A DNA stretch of 64,000 nucleotides. Origin: Epithemia pelagica (taxonomy: Eukaryota > Protista > Bacillariophyta). Where the stretch lies: positions 6,262,001-6,326,000 of the forward strand of contig OX337229.1 in assembly GCA_946965045.2 (NCBI GenBank). Direction: 5' to 3'. Positions 47,201-51,808 of the stretch are shown piece after piece. How positions within the stretch are numbered: position 1 is the first letter of the stretch; the number at the start of each line of letters is the position of its first letter. Position numbers and translations under genes: made by a program. The notes under the pieces are model-generated. The model ran no database searches, had not been told where the DNA came from, and saw only the letters and a program-made list of their open reading frames with translations.

Positions 47201-50200
47201 GTGGCAACTTCTCCTATCCTTCCTGTACGGGATAACGATACCGATGTTGCTACTCGTGTTGGTAATGGTGCTCTGTCGCAACGAGATGCTGGTAGTCCAT
47301 CAAAGCCAACGACACCAGAACAGGAAAAGCAAAATGACGAGGATTCAAAGCATCCAACTAGTTTGGTTCCCAAGGTGAAAACGACGGACATGCCACCGTT
47401 TTTGGACAAGCTCAAGAAACGTACCGTGCCATCCAATGAAAAATCTGTGGCAACTTCTCCTATCGTTCCTGTACGGGATGACGATACCGATGTTGCTATT
47501 TGTGTTGGTGATGGTGCTCTGTCGCAACGAGATGCTGGTAGTCCATCAAAGCCAACGACACCAGAAGAGGAAAAGCAAAACGACGAGGATTCAAAGCGTC
47601 CAACTAGTTTGGTTCCCAAGGTGAAAACGAGGGACATGCCACCGTTCTTGGACAAGCTCAAGAAACGTACCGTGCCATCCAATGAAAAATGTGTGGCTAC
47701 TTCTCCTATCGTTCCTGTATGGGATGACGATACCGATGTTGCTACTCGTGTTAATGATGGTGCTCTGTCGCAACGAGATGCTGGTAGTCCATCAAAGCCA
47801 ACGACACCAGAACAGGAAAAGCAAAACGACGAGGATTCAAAGCATCCGACTAGTTTGGTTCCCAAGGTGAAAACGAGGGACATGCCACCGTTTTTGGACA
47901 AGCTCAAGAAACGTACCGTGCCATCCAATGAAAAATCTGTGGCTACTTCTCCTATCGTTCCTGTACGGGATGACGATACCGATGTTGCTACTCGTGTTGG
48001 TGATGGTGCTCTGTCGCAACGAGATGCTGGTAGTCCATCAAAGCCATCGACACCAGAAGAGGAAAAGCAAAACGACGAGGATTCAAAGCATCCAACTACT
48101 AGTTTGGTTCCCAAGGTGAAAACGAGGGACATGCCACCGTTTTTGGACAAGCTCAAGAAACGTACCGTGCCATCCAATGAAAAATCTGTGGCAACTTCTC
48201 CTATCGTTCCTGTACGGGATGACGATACCGCTGTTGCTACTTGTGTTGGTGATGGTGCTCTGTCGCAACGAGATGCTGGTAGTCCATCAAAGCCAACGAC
48301 ACCAGAACAGGAAAAGCAAAACGACGAGGATTCAAAGCATCCAACTAGTTTGGTTCCCAAGGTGAAAACGAGGGACATGCCACCGTTTTTGGACAAGCTC
48401 AAGAAACGTACCGTGCCATCCAATGAAAAATCTGTGGCAACTTCTCCTATCGTTCCTGTACGGGATGACGATACCGCTGTTGCTACTTGTGTTGGTGATG
48501 GTGCTCTGTCGCAACGAGATGCTGGTAGTCCATCAAAGCCAACGACACCAGAACAGGAAAAGCAAAACGACGAGGATTCAAAGCATCCAACTAGTTTGGT
48601 TCCCAAGGTGAAAACGAGGGACATGCCACCGTTTTTGGACAAGCTCAAGAAACGTACCGTGCCATCCAATGAAAAATCTGTGGCAACTTCTCCTATCGTT
48701 CCTGTACGGGATGACGATACCGATGTTGCTACTCGTGTTGGTGATGGTGCTCTGTCGCAACGAGATGCTGGTAGTCCATCAAAGCCAACGACACCAGAAC
48801 AGGAAAAGCAAAACGACGAGGATTCAAAGCATCCAACTAGTTTGGTTCCCAAGGTGAAAACGAGGGACATGCCACCGTTTTTGGACAAGCTCAAGAAACG
48901 TACTGGCAATGAAAAATCTGTGGCAACTTCTCCTATCGTTCCTGTACGGGATGACGATACCGATGTTGCTACTCGTGTTGGTGATGGTGCTCTGTCGCAA
49001 CGAGATGCTGGTAGTCCATCAAAGCCAACGACACCAGAACAGGAAAAGCAAAATGACGAGAATTCAAAGCATCCAACTAGTTTGGTTCCCAAGGTGAAAA
49101 CGAGGGACATGCCACCGTTTTTGGACAAGCTCAAGAAACGTACCGTGCCATCCAATGAAAAATCTGTGGCAACTTCTCCTATCGTCCGTGCAGAGCATGG
49201 CGGTACTCCATGGAATGTGTCTGAAACTAAACCTGTGGACGGTTTCTGTGTTTTGTCCGATGAATTGAAGTCTGAATCAACCGTGATCGATGCAATTGAT
49301 CGAAATCCAATTTTCGCTTGTTCCCAAAGAAACAGCTTACATGAAAGTTTTAGTGAGCATACGTTCGAGGTTCGAGAAGATGGCCAGTTGCTCTCATTCA
49401 TTGATTTATCAATTTCAGATGGCGGCGATGAATCAAAACGAGACAATAGAGTCGTGGATATGAGTTCCCGAAGGAACTCGATTACTTCTGTTGCTTCACT
49501 CGGTGATCCGACAAGGCTTGATGAGAGATTTGTTAGTGTTGTCGCTTTAGATGATCTTGAACCCGATAATGGCTCCAAGACCAGTGAAAATGAGTCTGCG
49601 ACCTTTTTAAAACAGCCGCCTCAATCGGATGACGAGAATTCGTTCAGCGAGGAAGAGATTATGGAATGTGAAGAAGAAGCGGTGCTGCGAACAGCTGGAG
49701 TGGAAGTGTTACCCCTTTGTCATGGCCATGACTCTTTTGTTGAGGAAGAGATATCGGAGACTGAGGAAGAACGTTTAATTTCAGAATTCAATGGAAATGA
49801 GTCTTTTATCGAAGAAGAAATATGTGAACTTGACGATGGTTTCAAACCACCAGGGTTCAATGGGAATGAATCCTTTATTGAAGAAGAGATTTCTGAGACG
49901 GACGATGTTGTGTCGCCAAGAACGCACCTTCCGGTTAGTCCTGAAACCCCGTTGTCAGAGACTGCTACATCTCTTGACATGTGGGACCAAGTGAAAGAAC
50001 TTGATCTTGATTGCTCGTCAGAGTCACTGGAAGACCAATCGGTATCTATGGATTCTGTTGAAACAGAGACATCTGAGGAGGATATGTTTGAAGAAGTTAT
50101 TGAAGAAGAGGTGTTGGATGATGAGGGCAGTTTCTTCAAGTCGCCATCAAAAGCTACAGAAAAGAAGCAACTGATGTTACTTTCGCCCATTTCTGAAGTA

Positions 50201-51808
50201 ACCTCTGATGACAGCGTTGAAGCGACACCCAAAGGAATAATTCAAAAAACAAGGGTGCAAGCCGAAGCTTCTGTTGCTCCCATACCAGTATGTGAAATGA
50301 GTGAAAGTCTTCAAAAAGACGTTTCATCATTACCATCAGCTTTTCCTGAAGTCGCGGCCTTGGTACCTCACAGGTTCGATTCTGATATGGCGACTTTCGT
50401 TGTGAGAAAACCATATGGCGCTGAGACTGACCAAAGTATTTGGTTCGAGAACGGGGAACTTGGGGCTAAAGTTTACCAGCAACATGCATCAGTACACAAT
50501 GTGAACACTATCGAGGTTGTTGCACAAATTCATGTCGATGGGTCCAAATTTCTACTTCATGGGCATGGTTCAATTCGTCACGGTAGTTCAGACGGAGTGT
50601 GGCGTGATTACTCTGGCCAACAGCCATATGGTGACGATCTGAACGAACTGGGCTATGTGTCATGCGTCGACAAAGATGGAAACGACAGCACATATTCTCT
50701 TGATGAACTGTATGAACGTGCTCTATCGATTCGTGAACGTTATTGCAACTCGCTGCTTTTGGCGGCAAGAGAACTTTCGGAAAAGGAAGAAAACTCAATG
50801 GACCCAAGTAAGGAAAACCTGCCATCAATGGACTATTCTCAGCAAGAGCCTTTTTCAGGTAATGAAACTTCCGAACACGACGCGGCACACACCGAACCGT
50901 TTTGTGAGTTGGACGATAACGAGGAGAGACGAAATGCCGATGACGCCGTCGACCTTGCGATGCCAATCGATCAACCCAAGTTGGTTGAAGATTTGGCTCC
51001 CATGTCTACATCCATGAAATCAGCCATCAAACAATTGGAGCATCTTCTTTCTATGAGAGACGCCAAAGTGCTGGCTTCAAAGAATCCCTCGGGAGGGTCA
51101 GCTCATTTGTTACATGATGTCCCAGCTGGAGACGATGCCGTTGGTACAGAGGGGCTTGTGGATATTAGCACTGCAGGAGAATCCTCCCTGTCTGACAGCG
51201 ACACCCATGTGTCAGCCAGTCTTGTACAAAATCAATCGCAAGGATCACCTCAAGTTTCGCTTGCAGTTGTAGAACAGTTGCCACCAGTATCGCCATCCAT
51301 GAAAGCCTCGATGATGCAGTTGTCGCAGCTTCTTCGTGACCGTCATCTGGATGGTTTTCACGCTATGGCTGCGGCATTTGACCCACCAACTGAACAGGAT
51401 ACACACACTGCTTTGGATTCTCTTGAGGGATCTCATGTCGAAAATGAGATAGGAGGATTGGACGAAGAACCTAGCAATGTTCAAAACACGCCACAGATCC
51501 AGAATGTACCAATCCCGAGCACTTCACCAATGCCATCTTTGATTGACAAATGGCACAAGTTCTCCAAGTCGGGTGACGTACGTGGAGTCGATGGCGCAAC
51601 CTTAGCTGGAACGAAAGCTGGAGATTTGGCTTCCCCGCAGGAAGGGACCAAATCTATGGCATCTGACTCTATTGTACAAGGGAGTTCTTCGACCAATGAT
51701 CCCGTGGATTGTGAAATGGAGGGAAACCCATCCACATGCCTGAATGGAGATGCAATATCTGATGTTATGGAACATGTCACTGGCGAAGGAGAATCACCCA
51801 GTGTCTAA
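26276..51808 (+). CDS. Giant intron-free predicted single-pass membrane protein (ORF 8,510 aa; about 8,400 aa from ATG 26606)
   Basis: 25.5 kb without an in-frame stop. Signal-like segment after M at 26606 (RRRR...FGFVWLVVWLSVLGTAAVAA), a roughly 190-aa globular region, a P/T/S-rich stalk, one hydrophobic helix followed by basic residues, then a very long acidic repetitive tail. Confidence 0.85.
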   Translation: MQFFCEIEKMVSSPLLQPPPQPLKRRRRQPPSTNHNHNNNRGRQEDHPLWFECQNRNDNNHKNLCTNHWNGWWFCFFHNPDDKCPGGIGPCRRLEGDRVWNSNKKGIRAEMTGNTTKTTIRRRRSRNRHETPLYGRFGFVWLVVWLSVLGTAAVAAVTTHDEPQQAQEEGHAQEQTRQRRLGRGMMGATPPPSPPLSPTTRRSSRRIGSSSSSSPPELVHSQQTQTQPHKKQPQQQPQGYIRRANRALRDSQKPRHDDNDTNESTTTTTTTTTRHTRRNLRSSSSSSSLSIPRANSNHKSDKNHDHKVPEQRSTNIRRKRRKSDTTNHSPAGTNNHNNTSNSSVTTTTTTIQQQQRALRRPSNRHANAERVLLTTNTTHRIYFDAVQVQINMVLPIACTDAGAATVRNAAQVVLHTVLVDTAANDTNTTTCETQWNQLQLVLFPNASSATTTTTTTRDWTPVDLIVGVPGTCLNNQNATSNMWIELPGGVLEYETTRVIPLVVNDSLVEAQASALVQDCVESILGSTAMVSELQSSYAFVSGVQVVPDPTLAPSVQPSAVPTASVAPSTTAPTITPTTVPTMTAPTTAVPSRSPTTAPITAIPTTSRPTTSAPVSSPSLVPTTSPVASTNVPSERPSEQQALLQPSPTAAPSQTAATSTTVPTSSSTVPPTNNRPTTTMPTPQGSSSSTTQMPTSAPSSSTTTTTPSSPNVPTAPPTPTPSLVVVPNVPTALPTQPSTGTDFPSFSATRGSPSPTATTAVPTTTPSSVPTVIQNLPPSSGGTGTTPTTPTVPPSSLGMTKAPTNLPSTVPSSVPSLHPEQTPVVVAQQQGTNDDDEFDEQVAVSDRTNEIAASNNDNDKDGRWSPRRLALVVICGSILVYLLPFTVSLVYASARTQYQKAKTKKEEQEKQQQQMLLLQAGNVRLDDQDDSSSSSSGTSLVVEHLLHRDDRHGPDGAAGSSLDTSYTYESFPSMVSLSGNSKKNDDGKTRRGRRQTKNKKQFPRQVQREQQAQQEGERPEQRPMAGTTTTTSRSIHFHASPTDERDDRFELEEDGQTVESVTIRHSNRALDHDPMHDYFDITTDEDDEDVIESEESEEEQFYDELMEPARRHTVVPIGLGTLPNRTLERNQDSLQSSRRALQPEERMQKAPTHNPPFHPKPEATKPLRYEENKDAVLYQKANDYLGRPAAGSKDELVTSNTSMREKQQLPLQEAGRHGYALAAHDKDQIALVESAEFTSPSEHDISDRTANHSIEASESPIKMRYPQRHSIGARPPDDDGKILLVDTVMMQPSYFDDKDTEKMEPLTTPESVPQPSSPWLVQLQRRRHSCAGNLEQPKTSSSSSSSSSSPGDKTTEVMKQSPLVPDKQASIEEDADGAESIASIHPLAAAQVIPGTETSWAHLSFGQMSAHPSPRSTSLLRSPDDDTTTSSASDWMSPASPHLSRQQSPRSKPDQGAETTEVIVSSPTQQVHVEKRSVGTLTNLLHQISKRQMENYPHMVTAQEGSSEGSASDSNSSDTSNLHIHVGSVSLNEDGVEHSEPALRASLQQNNEMLVLQSSESQKMDESGSDSDESQSRGYFMGVDQTTSKGQKSADKVDDAESIVSIEPPTVTGATPGTETSWAHLSLGQLGSKSPPTPTSSLLGNKTAPGDESPQRSASSWISSDSPQQRSVQGSLRPELDGNRSERQAVTSLRRGTQRPTGNLTNLLRELSLRDMENSGKNSHQIAMAALSQNVSNSSDSTGLHIDLASVSTTDHSEHHESLLQATLQQSNDMLILRSGIDESSSFGENSVGESDFLPTDEKSELLHPGSSALDVDPTSSVRFEESTHLSSGISPRSEQTSNYATDLSNAPNSRDTMVVLGQPSPREISSQTYDSCSVDSPLVDIHSVSSMDQSSAMSQSSMPQDTHTRRLNYEPVGDPIISSSDMDGTVADTTDSPLKNDDLPRNDEADIAITASQSSGLQPRIDDTSADEKLRLEEQKSLVLGKTLKDAKSLDNNHKDICETNVVLDDPISDGSERRHSHDGMSSQHSPEKPIHYWQRPYARSMEHMLITDQEMEQVDGSLSHTNSDSPYHMTLIPQTSHDLSEIAQDNEQLLSEKDRANPSSVLHESSVPNASSEQDTFSLSVCGDETADGDHQQPLVVYESAPPQTSPLESRTDQVVDSDNDNIDDEYRCGQTELKFFEEEPPFARQKEGAVAFDDVSTNETADGDHLPPLGVSESAPPTQTSPLESRTDQRGDSDNFNDSIDVEYKRGQTELKLHEEEPVALFDDFTKQVDERVHDIDEQRGFENNTEKANFLSEMVLESNAMAILDEMLDSDAKGGTCDSPSLSEDDHNAFGDELSNSKPSGDTESPVEFAESPETIIAYSDHQQEDENDGNISVPQSLCAALLSPVAMEKTSGNQHHHEDKEEDLVVNEENENQILNISRDSLNEMSAQHSPEHPIKYWQRPYARSMEDGVVPDHGTEEDDRFWSTSSNESTGLPDMERGPETGEHLLNSSLNDKVHQPVDQNANSKPNKAVIDFMNSENEPTDDVGAFQHSSPSLDSGNSSSSPVVAYKTSHDETDPENIEHGMLHMNQTLTLSNTQASLHDGPQHLREKSEGQDAINSTSQLQDEEQKKGTIVNDSRSPMPYPEDIAINSSLDSQHHRQHEDKQMQGARQEIDSSTTTSGVVSIQDSQTTSVSEPSQNDYPEKDTSQAFSLLFPKPSLMHSDSSSMHPDTWDDNGESNVMVPLKPLSSSAEDNETSAEPNDREESSEASFVPLDDMSIRASNKKDNNPPNARAPLSPQVLPARDSESFDTSDGESQSIETSFVPLDDLSVRPSSMDDRNEPNQQIALLSPIFPTAQHTDSMAEKDAGTQSSETSFVPLDDMSVRPCSSENTFHQEVMEPTLQPSSASQDTMASVEVEEKSQSSEPLNESEGKGQSSDTSFVPLDDSFMLAETEGNKFEPNLMTRLSPVGNEALAETEAKGQSSDTSFVPLDDSSMLADTEASKFDPNAIVPTSPPVSSYGEIEYMTHTDEPGESNDVYPIPWGNSVSDENDEQVLDKDWNEAGHVATDDEEEVVKVIEVDDVNPSISSFASSSLSTWNDGDSNEVSSQKNDASNHNSGTWHSPRSSAPSSLGHSNNSDNSSYDTPVDSDPIPNTSSSFMDCFNVLGKLGGHTPSEGSGSSSSSFEGSSSSSSNSTVSHHKNDTMTDDDVEDPPLDMSLESLSEPNLNGSLTPSVLSETARTIDERERAEHNKTTASTEQLEDPSLHRNSLCSGGASVASSSQEFSGSSQHPRATENDSYADTVSFDDGVSSTTTMELLQGEAIFLPSPLPSTNKQDGKNDDRGVSPLAHSLVMARKAANAARGNAAHGGEGSSSLPTSDDEQDKTDINQNLKGASSTSASSLSFSMSSIWTGGYLSYSSGSTRRFAMDLPLPDSDHDSYNAGDDAGDQDLTFLSTPKPRYDRGDVRDDWSDSGLGYVSPSGLSLAASTTNSELFAVSVADEEAASAPASPAIEHVVPQSRLKQDAPASSVGNLFAFPVADEETASTPAFPAVEQAVPQPRPKQDAPASSIRNLKMDQRNSNNDENEHGEWPQVSERNIIGDALSPQAPTSLQLDSLHLLDQQERPQPKQEQPSVEDKKFLPEAPLNSSSHAHPPAASTDEEDDDPLVVSSFSSDYSGSDQEEDVQDDANVNIPDQNASTPPGSTNPVATIDQTPSFNDDQQQKGETQLDQASTAVAAPSSPTANRQEAKVCPLDVFDAMGGASEKLTMPLSPESDPESESPRHWMEAEDMDASIQQWYHHESISDVSSAIQQALQAQERKNDDNNYEAFQANESDSFIEEEVLDEEDVTEEEILEEVIEDHQAEDDVLEEVIVEEHAEGEEILEEEIIEELVSSSFLDMGSFIEEVILEEDEAEVLNELADTVISPLKQDEKTKEPLSPVRESQGLENLAPVSPQMGASIQRWENQFVDKVQEEIHDPVAADVGSMLDNETRKDMVSDTPGNNLVEDMRQEKDLDTALESAPSVESMSNTELPLSPVSEPNAMVDLAPISPQMNSVLRQWENRFADNAEAQIQDHANAEASRARTETETVMDSYTLEEDLMEDEMEHDDELDGVLESITASIESYQALEIPLSPVSEPEEMMDLAPISPQMNSVIQQWENRFAKNDEDDTHHADDDDEAIESRSAGSSVMEEDLEDDDEFEAISRSMEPTDDLAQPESPIADPEGMLELTPMSRETSALIEDWDNLRQQQTQLATSDAPGGLGQEEEPLTDTADASSRSIESYESVTASQTSLAESEGLMDLAPISSQMNNSIQLWESFVADNSQEINFDHSSPAVEVPPDDVENDMASIPADMSSQTSLSESEGLMDLAPISSQMNNSIQHWESFIAGNSQEINFDITSPTVEVPHDDVENDMASIPADMSSQTSLSESEGLMDLAPISSQMNNSIQHWESFVADNSQEINFDHSSPAVEVPPDDVENDMASIPADMSSQTSLSESEGLMDLAPISSQMNNSIQHWESFIAGNSQEINFDHTSPAVEVPHDDVENDTVSIPADMSSQTSLSESEGLMDLAPISSQMNNSIQHWESFIADNSQEINFDNTSPTVDKSRPEEKNHAETKSQSAAANEEVGKNELEDINSSMETNESLAQPTSPASEPESLVDHNPGSSEIDAAIRRWENRFAEDATWDDGKIVGEKTKVMKQSPESDQDPRDETFLDGPELSSAARSIPHEFEYESVRFVVRRPYGAEMDQALWFENGQLGAKVYQQHASAHSVETIEILGLRDADGSKFVLYGHDTIRHGTQDGVWSKSSDNHIKLENKEEEQHDAKNPTPPLDEHYQRAISIRIKYCTTLLSAATKMSPTDAYSPIQPDVGSDKDDSAKKAVSVMSDVTDQKRKSRMSTLMAPADEKQNDGNSKHPTSLVPKVKTRDMPPFLDKLKKRTVPSNEKSVATSPIVPVRDDDTDVATRVGNGALSQRDAGSPSKPTTPEQEKQNDEDSKHPTSLVPKVKTRDMPPFLDKLKKRTVPSNEKSVATSPIVPVRDDDTDVATRVGDGALSQRDAGSPSKPTTPEEEKQNDEDSKHPTSLVPKVKTRDMPPFLDKLKKRTVPSNEKSVATSPIVPVRDDDTDVATRVGDGALSQRDAGSPSKPTTPEQEKQNDEDSKHPTSLVPKVKTRDMPPFLDKLKKRTVPSNEKSVATSPIVPVRDDDTDVATRVGDGALSQRDAGSPSKPTTPEQEKQNDEDSKRPTSLVPKVKTRDMPPFLDKLKKRTVPSNEKSVATSPIVPVRDDDTDVATRVGDGALSQRDAGSPSKPTTPEQEKQNDEDSKRPTSLVPKVKTRDMPPFLDKLKKRTGNEKSVATSPIVPVRDNDTDVAICVGDGALSQRDAGSPSKPTTPEQEKQNDEDSKHPTSLVPKVKTRDMPPFLDKLKKRTVPSNEKSVATSPIVPVRDDDTDVATRVGDGALSQRDAGSPSKPTTPEQEKQNDEDSKRPTSLVPKVKTRDMPPFLDKLKKRTVPSNEKSVATSPIVPVRDDDTDVATRVGDGALSQRDAGSPSKPTTPEQEKQNDEDSKRPTSLVPKVKTRDMPPFLDKLKKRTGNEKSVATSPIVPVRDNDTDVATRVGDGALSQRDAGSPSKPTTPEQEKQNDEDSKRPTSLVPKVKTRDMPPFLDKLKKRTGNEKSVATSPIVPVRDDDTDVAICVGDGALSQRDAGSPSKPTTPEQEKQNDEDSKHPTSLVPKVKTRDMPPFLDKLKKRTVPSNEKSVATSPIVPVRDDDTDVATRVGDGALSQRDAGSPSKPTTPEQEKQNDEDSKRPTSLVPKVKTRDMPPFLDKLKKRTVPSNEKSVATSPIVPVRDDDTDVAICVGDGALSQRDAGSPSKPTTPEQEKQNDEDSKRPTSLVPKVKTRDMPPFLDKLKKRTGNEKSVATSPILPVRDDDTDVATRVGYGALSQRDAGSPSKPTTPEQEKQNDEDSKRPTSLVPKVKTRDMPPFLDKLKKRTVPSNEKSVATSPIVPVRDDDTAVATCVGDGALSQRDAGSPSKPTKPEEEKQNDEDSKHPTCLAPKVKTRDMPPFLDKLKKRTVPSNEKSVATSPIVPVRDDDTAVATCVGDGALSQRDAGSPSKPTTPEEEKQNDEDSKHPTSLVPKVKTRDMPPFLDKLKKRTVPSNEKSVATSPIVPVRDDDTAVATCVGDGALSQRDAGSPSKPTTPEEEKQNDEDSKHPTSLVPKVKTRDMPPFLNKLKKRTGNEKSVATSPIVPVRDDDTDVATCVGDGALSQRDAGSPSKPTTPEQEKQNDEDSKHPTSLVPKVKTRDMPPFLDKLKKRTVPSNEKSVATSPILPVRDDDTDVATRVGDGALSQRDAGSPSKPTTPEQEKQNDEDSKHPTSLVPKVKTRDMPPFLDKLKKRTVPSNEKSVATSPIVPVRDDDTDVATRVGDGALSQRDAGSPSKPTTPEQEKQNDEDSKHPTSLVPKVKTRDMPPFLDKLKKRTVPSNEKSVATSPIVPVRDDDTDVAICVGDGALSQRDAGSPSKPTTPEEEKQNDEDSKHPTSLVPKVKTRDMPPFLNKLKKRTVPSNEKSVATSPIVPVRDDDTDVATCVGYGALSQRDAGSPSKPTTPEEEKQNDEDSKHPTSLVPKVKTRDMPPFLDKLKKRTVPSNEKSVATSPILPVRDDDTDVATRVGDGALSQRDAGSPSKPTTPEQEKQNDEDSKRPTSLVPKVKTRDMPPFLDKLKKRTVPSNEKSVATSPIVPVRDDDTDVAICVGDGALSQRDAGSPSKPTTPEEEKQNDEDSKHPTSLVPKVKTRDMPPFLDKLKKRTGNEKSVATSPILPVRDNDTDVATRVGDGALSQRDAGSPSKPTTPEQEKQNDEDSKHPTSLVPKVKTRDMPPFLDKLKKRTVPSNEKSVATSPIVPVRDDDTDVATRVGDGALSQRDAGSPSKPSTPEEEKQNDEDSKHPTTSLVPKVKTRDMPPFLDKLKKRTVPSNEKSVATSPILPVRDNDTDVATRVGNGALSQRDAGSPSKPTTPEQEKQNDEDSKHPTSLVPKVKTTDMPPFLDKLKKRTVPSNEKSVATSPIVPVRDDDTDVAICVGDGALSQRDAGSPSKPTTPEEEKQNDEDSKRPTSLVPKVKTRDMPPFLDKLKKRTVPSNEKCVATSPIVPVWDDDTDVATRVNDGALSQRDAGSPSKPTTPEQEKQNDEDSKHPTSLVPKVKTRDMPPFLDKLKKRTVPSNEKSVATSPIVPVRDDDTDVATRVGDGALSQRDAGSPSKPSTPEEEKQNDEDSKHPTTSLVPKVKTRDMPPFLDKLKKRTVPSNEKSVATSPIVPVRDDDTAVATCVGDGALSQRDAGSPSKPTTPEQEKQNDEDSKHPTSLVPKVKTRDMPPFLDKLKKRTVPSNEKSVATSPIVPVRDDDTAVATCVGDGALSQRDAGSPSKPTTPEQEKQNDEDSKHPTSLVPKVKTRDMPPFLDKLKKRTVPSNEKSVATSPIVPVRDDDTDVATRVGDGALSQRDAGSPSKPTTPEQEKQNDEDSKHPTSLVPKVKTRDMPPFLDKLKKRTGNEKSVATSPIVPVRDDDTDVATRVGDGALSQRDAGSPSKPTTPEQEKQNDENSKHPTSLVPKVKTRDMPPFLDKLKKRTVPSNEKSVATSPIVRAEHGGTPWNVSETKPVDGFCVLSDELKSESTVIDAIDRNPIFACSQRNSLHESFSEHTFEVREDGQLLSFIDLSISDGGDESKRDNRVVDMSSRRNSITSVASLGDPTRLDERFVSVVALDDLEPDNGSKTSENESATFLKQPPQSDDENSFSEEEIMECEEEAVLRTAGVEVLPLCHGHDSFVEEEISETEEERLISEFNGNESFIEEEICELDDGFKPPGFNGNESFIEEEISETDDVVSPRTHLPVSPETPLSETATSLDMWDQVKELDLDCSSESLEDQSVSMDSVETETSEEDMFEEVIEEEVLDDEGSFFKSPSKATEKKQLMLLSPISEVTSDDSVEATPKGIIQKTRVQAEASVAPIPVCEMSESLQKDVSSLPSAFPEVAALVPHRFDSDMATFVVRKPYGAETDQSIWFENGELGAKVYQQHASVHNVNTIEVVAQIHVDGSKFLLHGHGSIRHGSSDGVWRDYSGQQPYGDDLNELGYVSCVDKDGNDSTYSLDELYERALSIRERYCNSLLLAARELSEKEENSMDPSKENLPSMDYSQQEPFSGNETSEHDAAHTEPFCELDDNEERRNADDAVDLAMPIDQPKLVEDLAPMSTSMKSAIKQLEHLLSMRDAKVLASKNPSGGSAHLLHDVPAGDDAVGTEGLVDISTAGESSLSDSDTHVSASLVQNQSQGSPQVSLAVVEQLPPVSPSMKASMMQLSQLLRDRHLDGFHAMAAAFDPPTEQDTHTALDSLEGSHVENEIGGLDEEPSNVQNTPQIQNVPIPSTSPMPSLIDKWHKFSKSGDVRGVDGATLAGTKAGDLASPQEGTKSMASDSIVQGSSSTNDPVDCEMEGNPSTCLNGDAISDVMEHVTGEGESPSV
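27920..28740 (+). repeat. Mucin-like PT/PS-rich coding region (predicted extracellular stalk)
   Basis: Dense PTxxP repeats in the translation. Confidence 0.8.
28877..28948 (+). other. Predicted transmembrane helix of the giant protein
   Basis: LALVVICGSILVYLLPFTVSLVYA followed by RTQYQKAKTKK (positive-inside pattern). Confidence 0.75.
39105..40055 (+). repeat. Coding tandem repeat, 201-bp (67-aa) unit, about 4.7 copies
   Basis: ATGGACCT(G/T)GC (MDLAPISSQMNNSIQHWESF) at 39140, 39341, 39542, 39743 and 39944. Confidence 0.93.
40427..40816 (+). other. Unknown globular domain, copy 1 (FVVRRPYGAE...WFENGQLGAKVYQQH)
   Basis: Clear protein similarity to 50369-50776; the two copies flank the big array. 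Confidence 0.75.
40960..49186 (+). repeat. Coding tandem array, 246-bp (82-aa) unit, about 33.5 copies
   Basis: 34 occurrences of the NEKSVATSP position (41073 to 49155); spacings are 246 bp, with seven of 240 bp and two of 249 bp. Confidence 0.97.
50369..50776 (+). other. Unknown globular domain, copy 2 (FVVRKPYGAE...WFENGELGAKVYQQH)
   Basis: Aligns with copy 1 through GSKF.L.GH..IRHG..DGVW and LDE.Y.RA.SIR..YC..LL.AA. Confidence 0.75.

Noticed and set aside
40960-49186. CRISPR-like or satellite interpretation of the array
   Set aside because: Units are contiguous, ~246 bp, have no unique spacers and lie in frame within a CDS.
40843-49578. Long antisense ORFs (1052, 629 and 1180 aa) and dozens of 60-63 aa ORFs (MKNLW..., MRQST...) across the array
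   Set aside because: Shadows of the tandem repeat. Only the + frame of the giant ORF stays open throughout; the antisense frame is broken by scattered stops.
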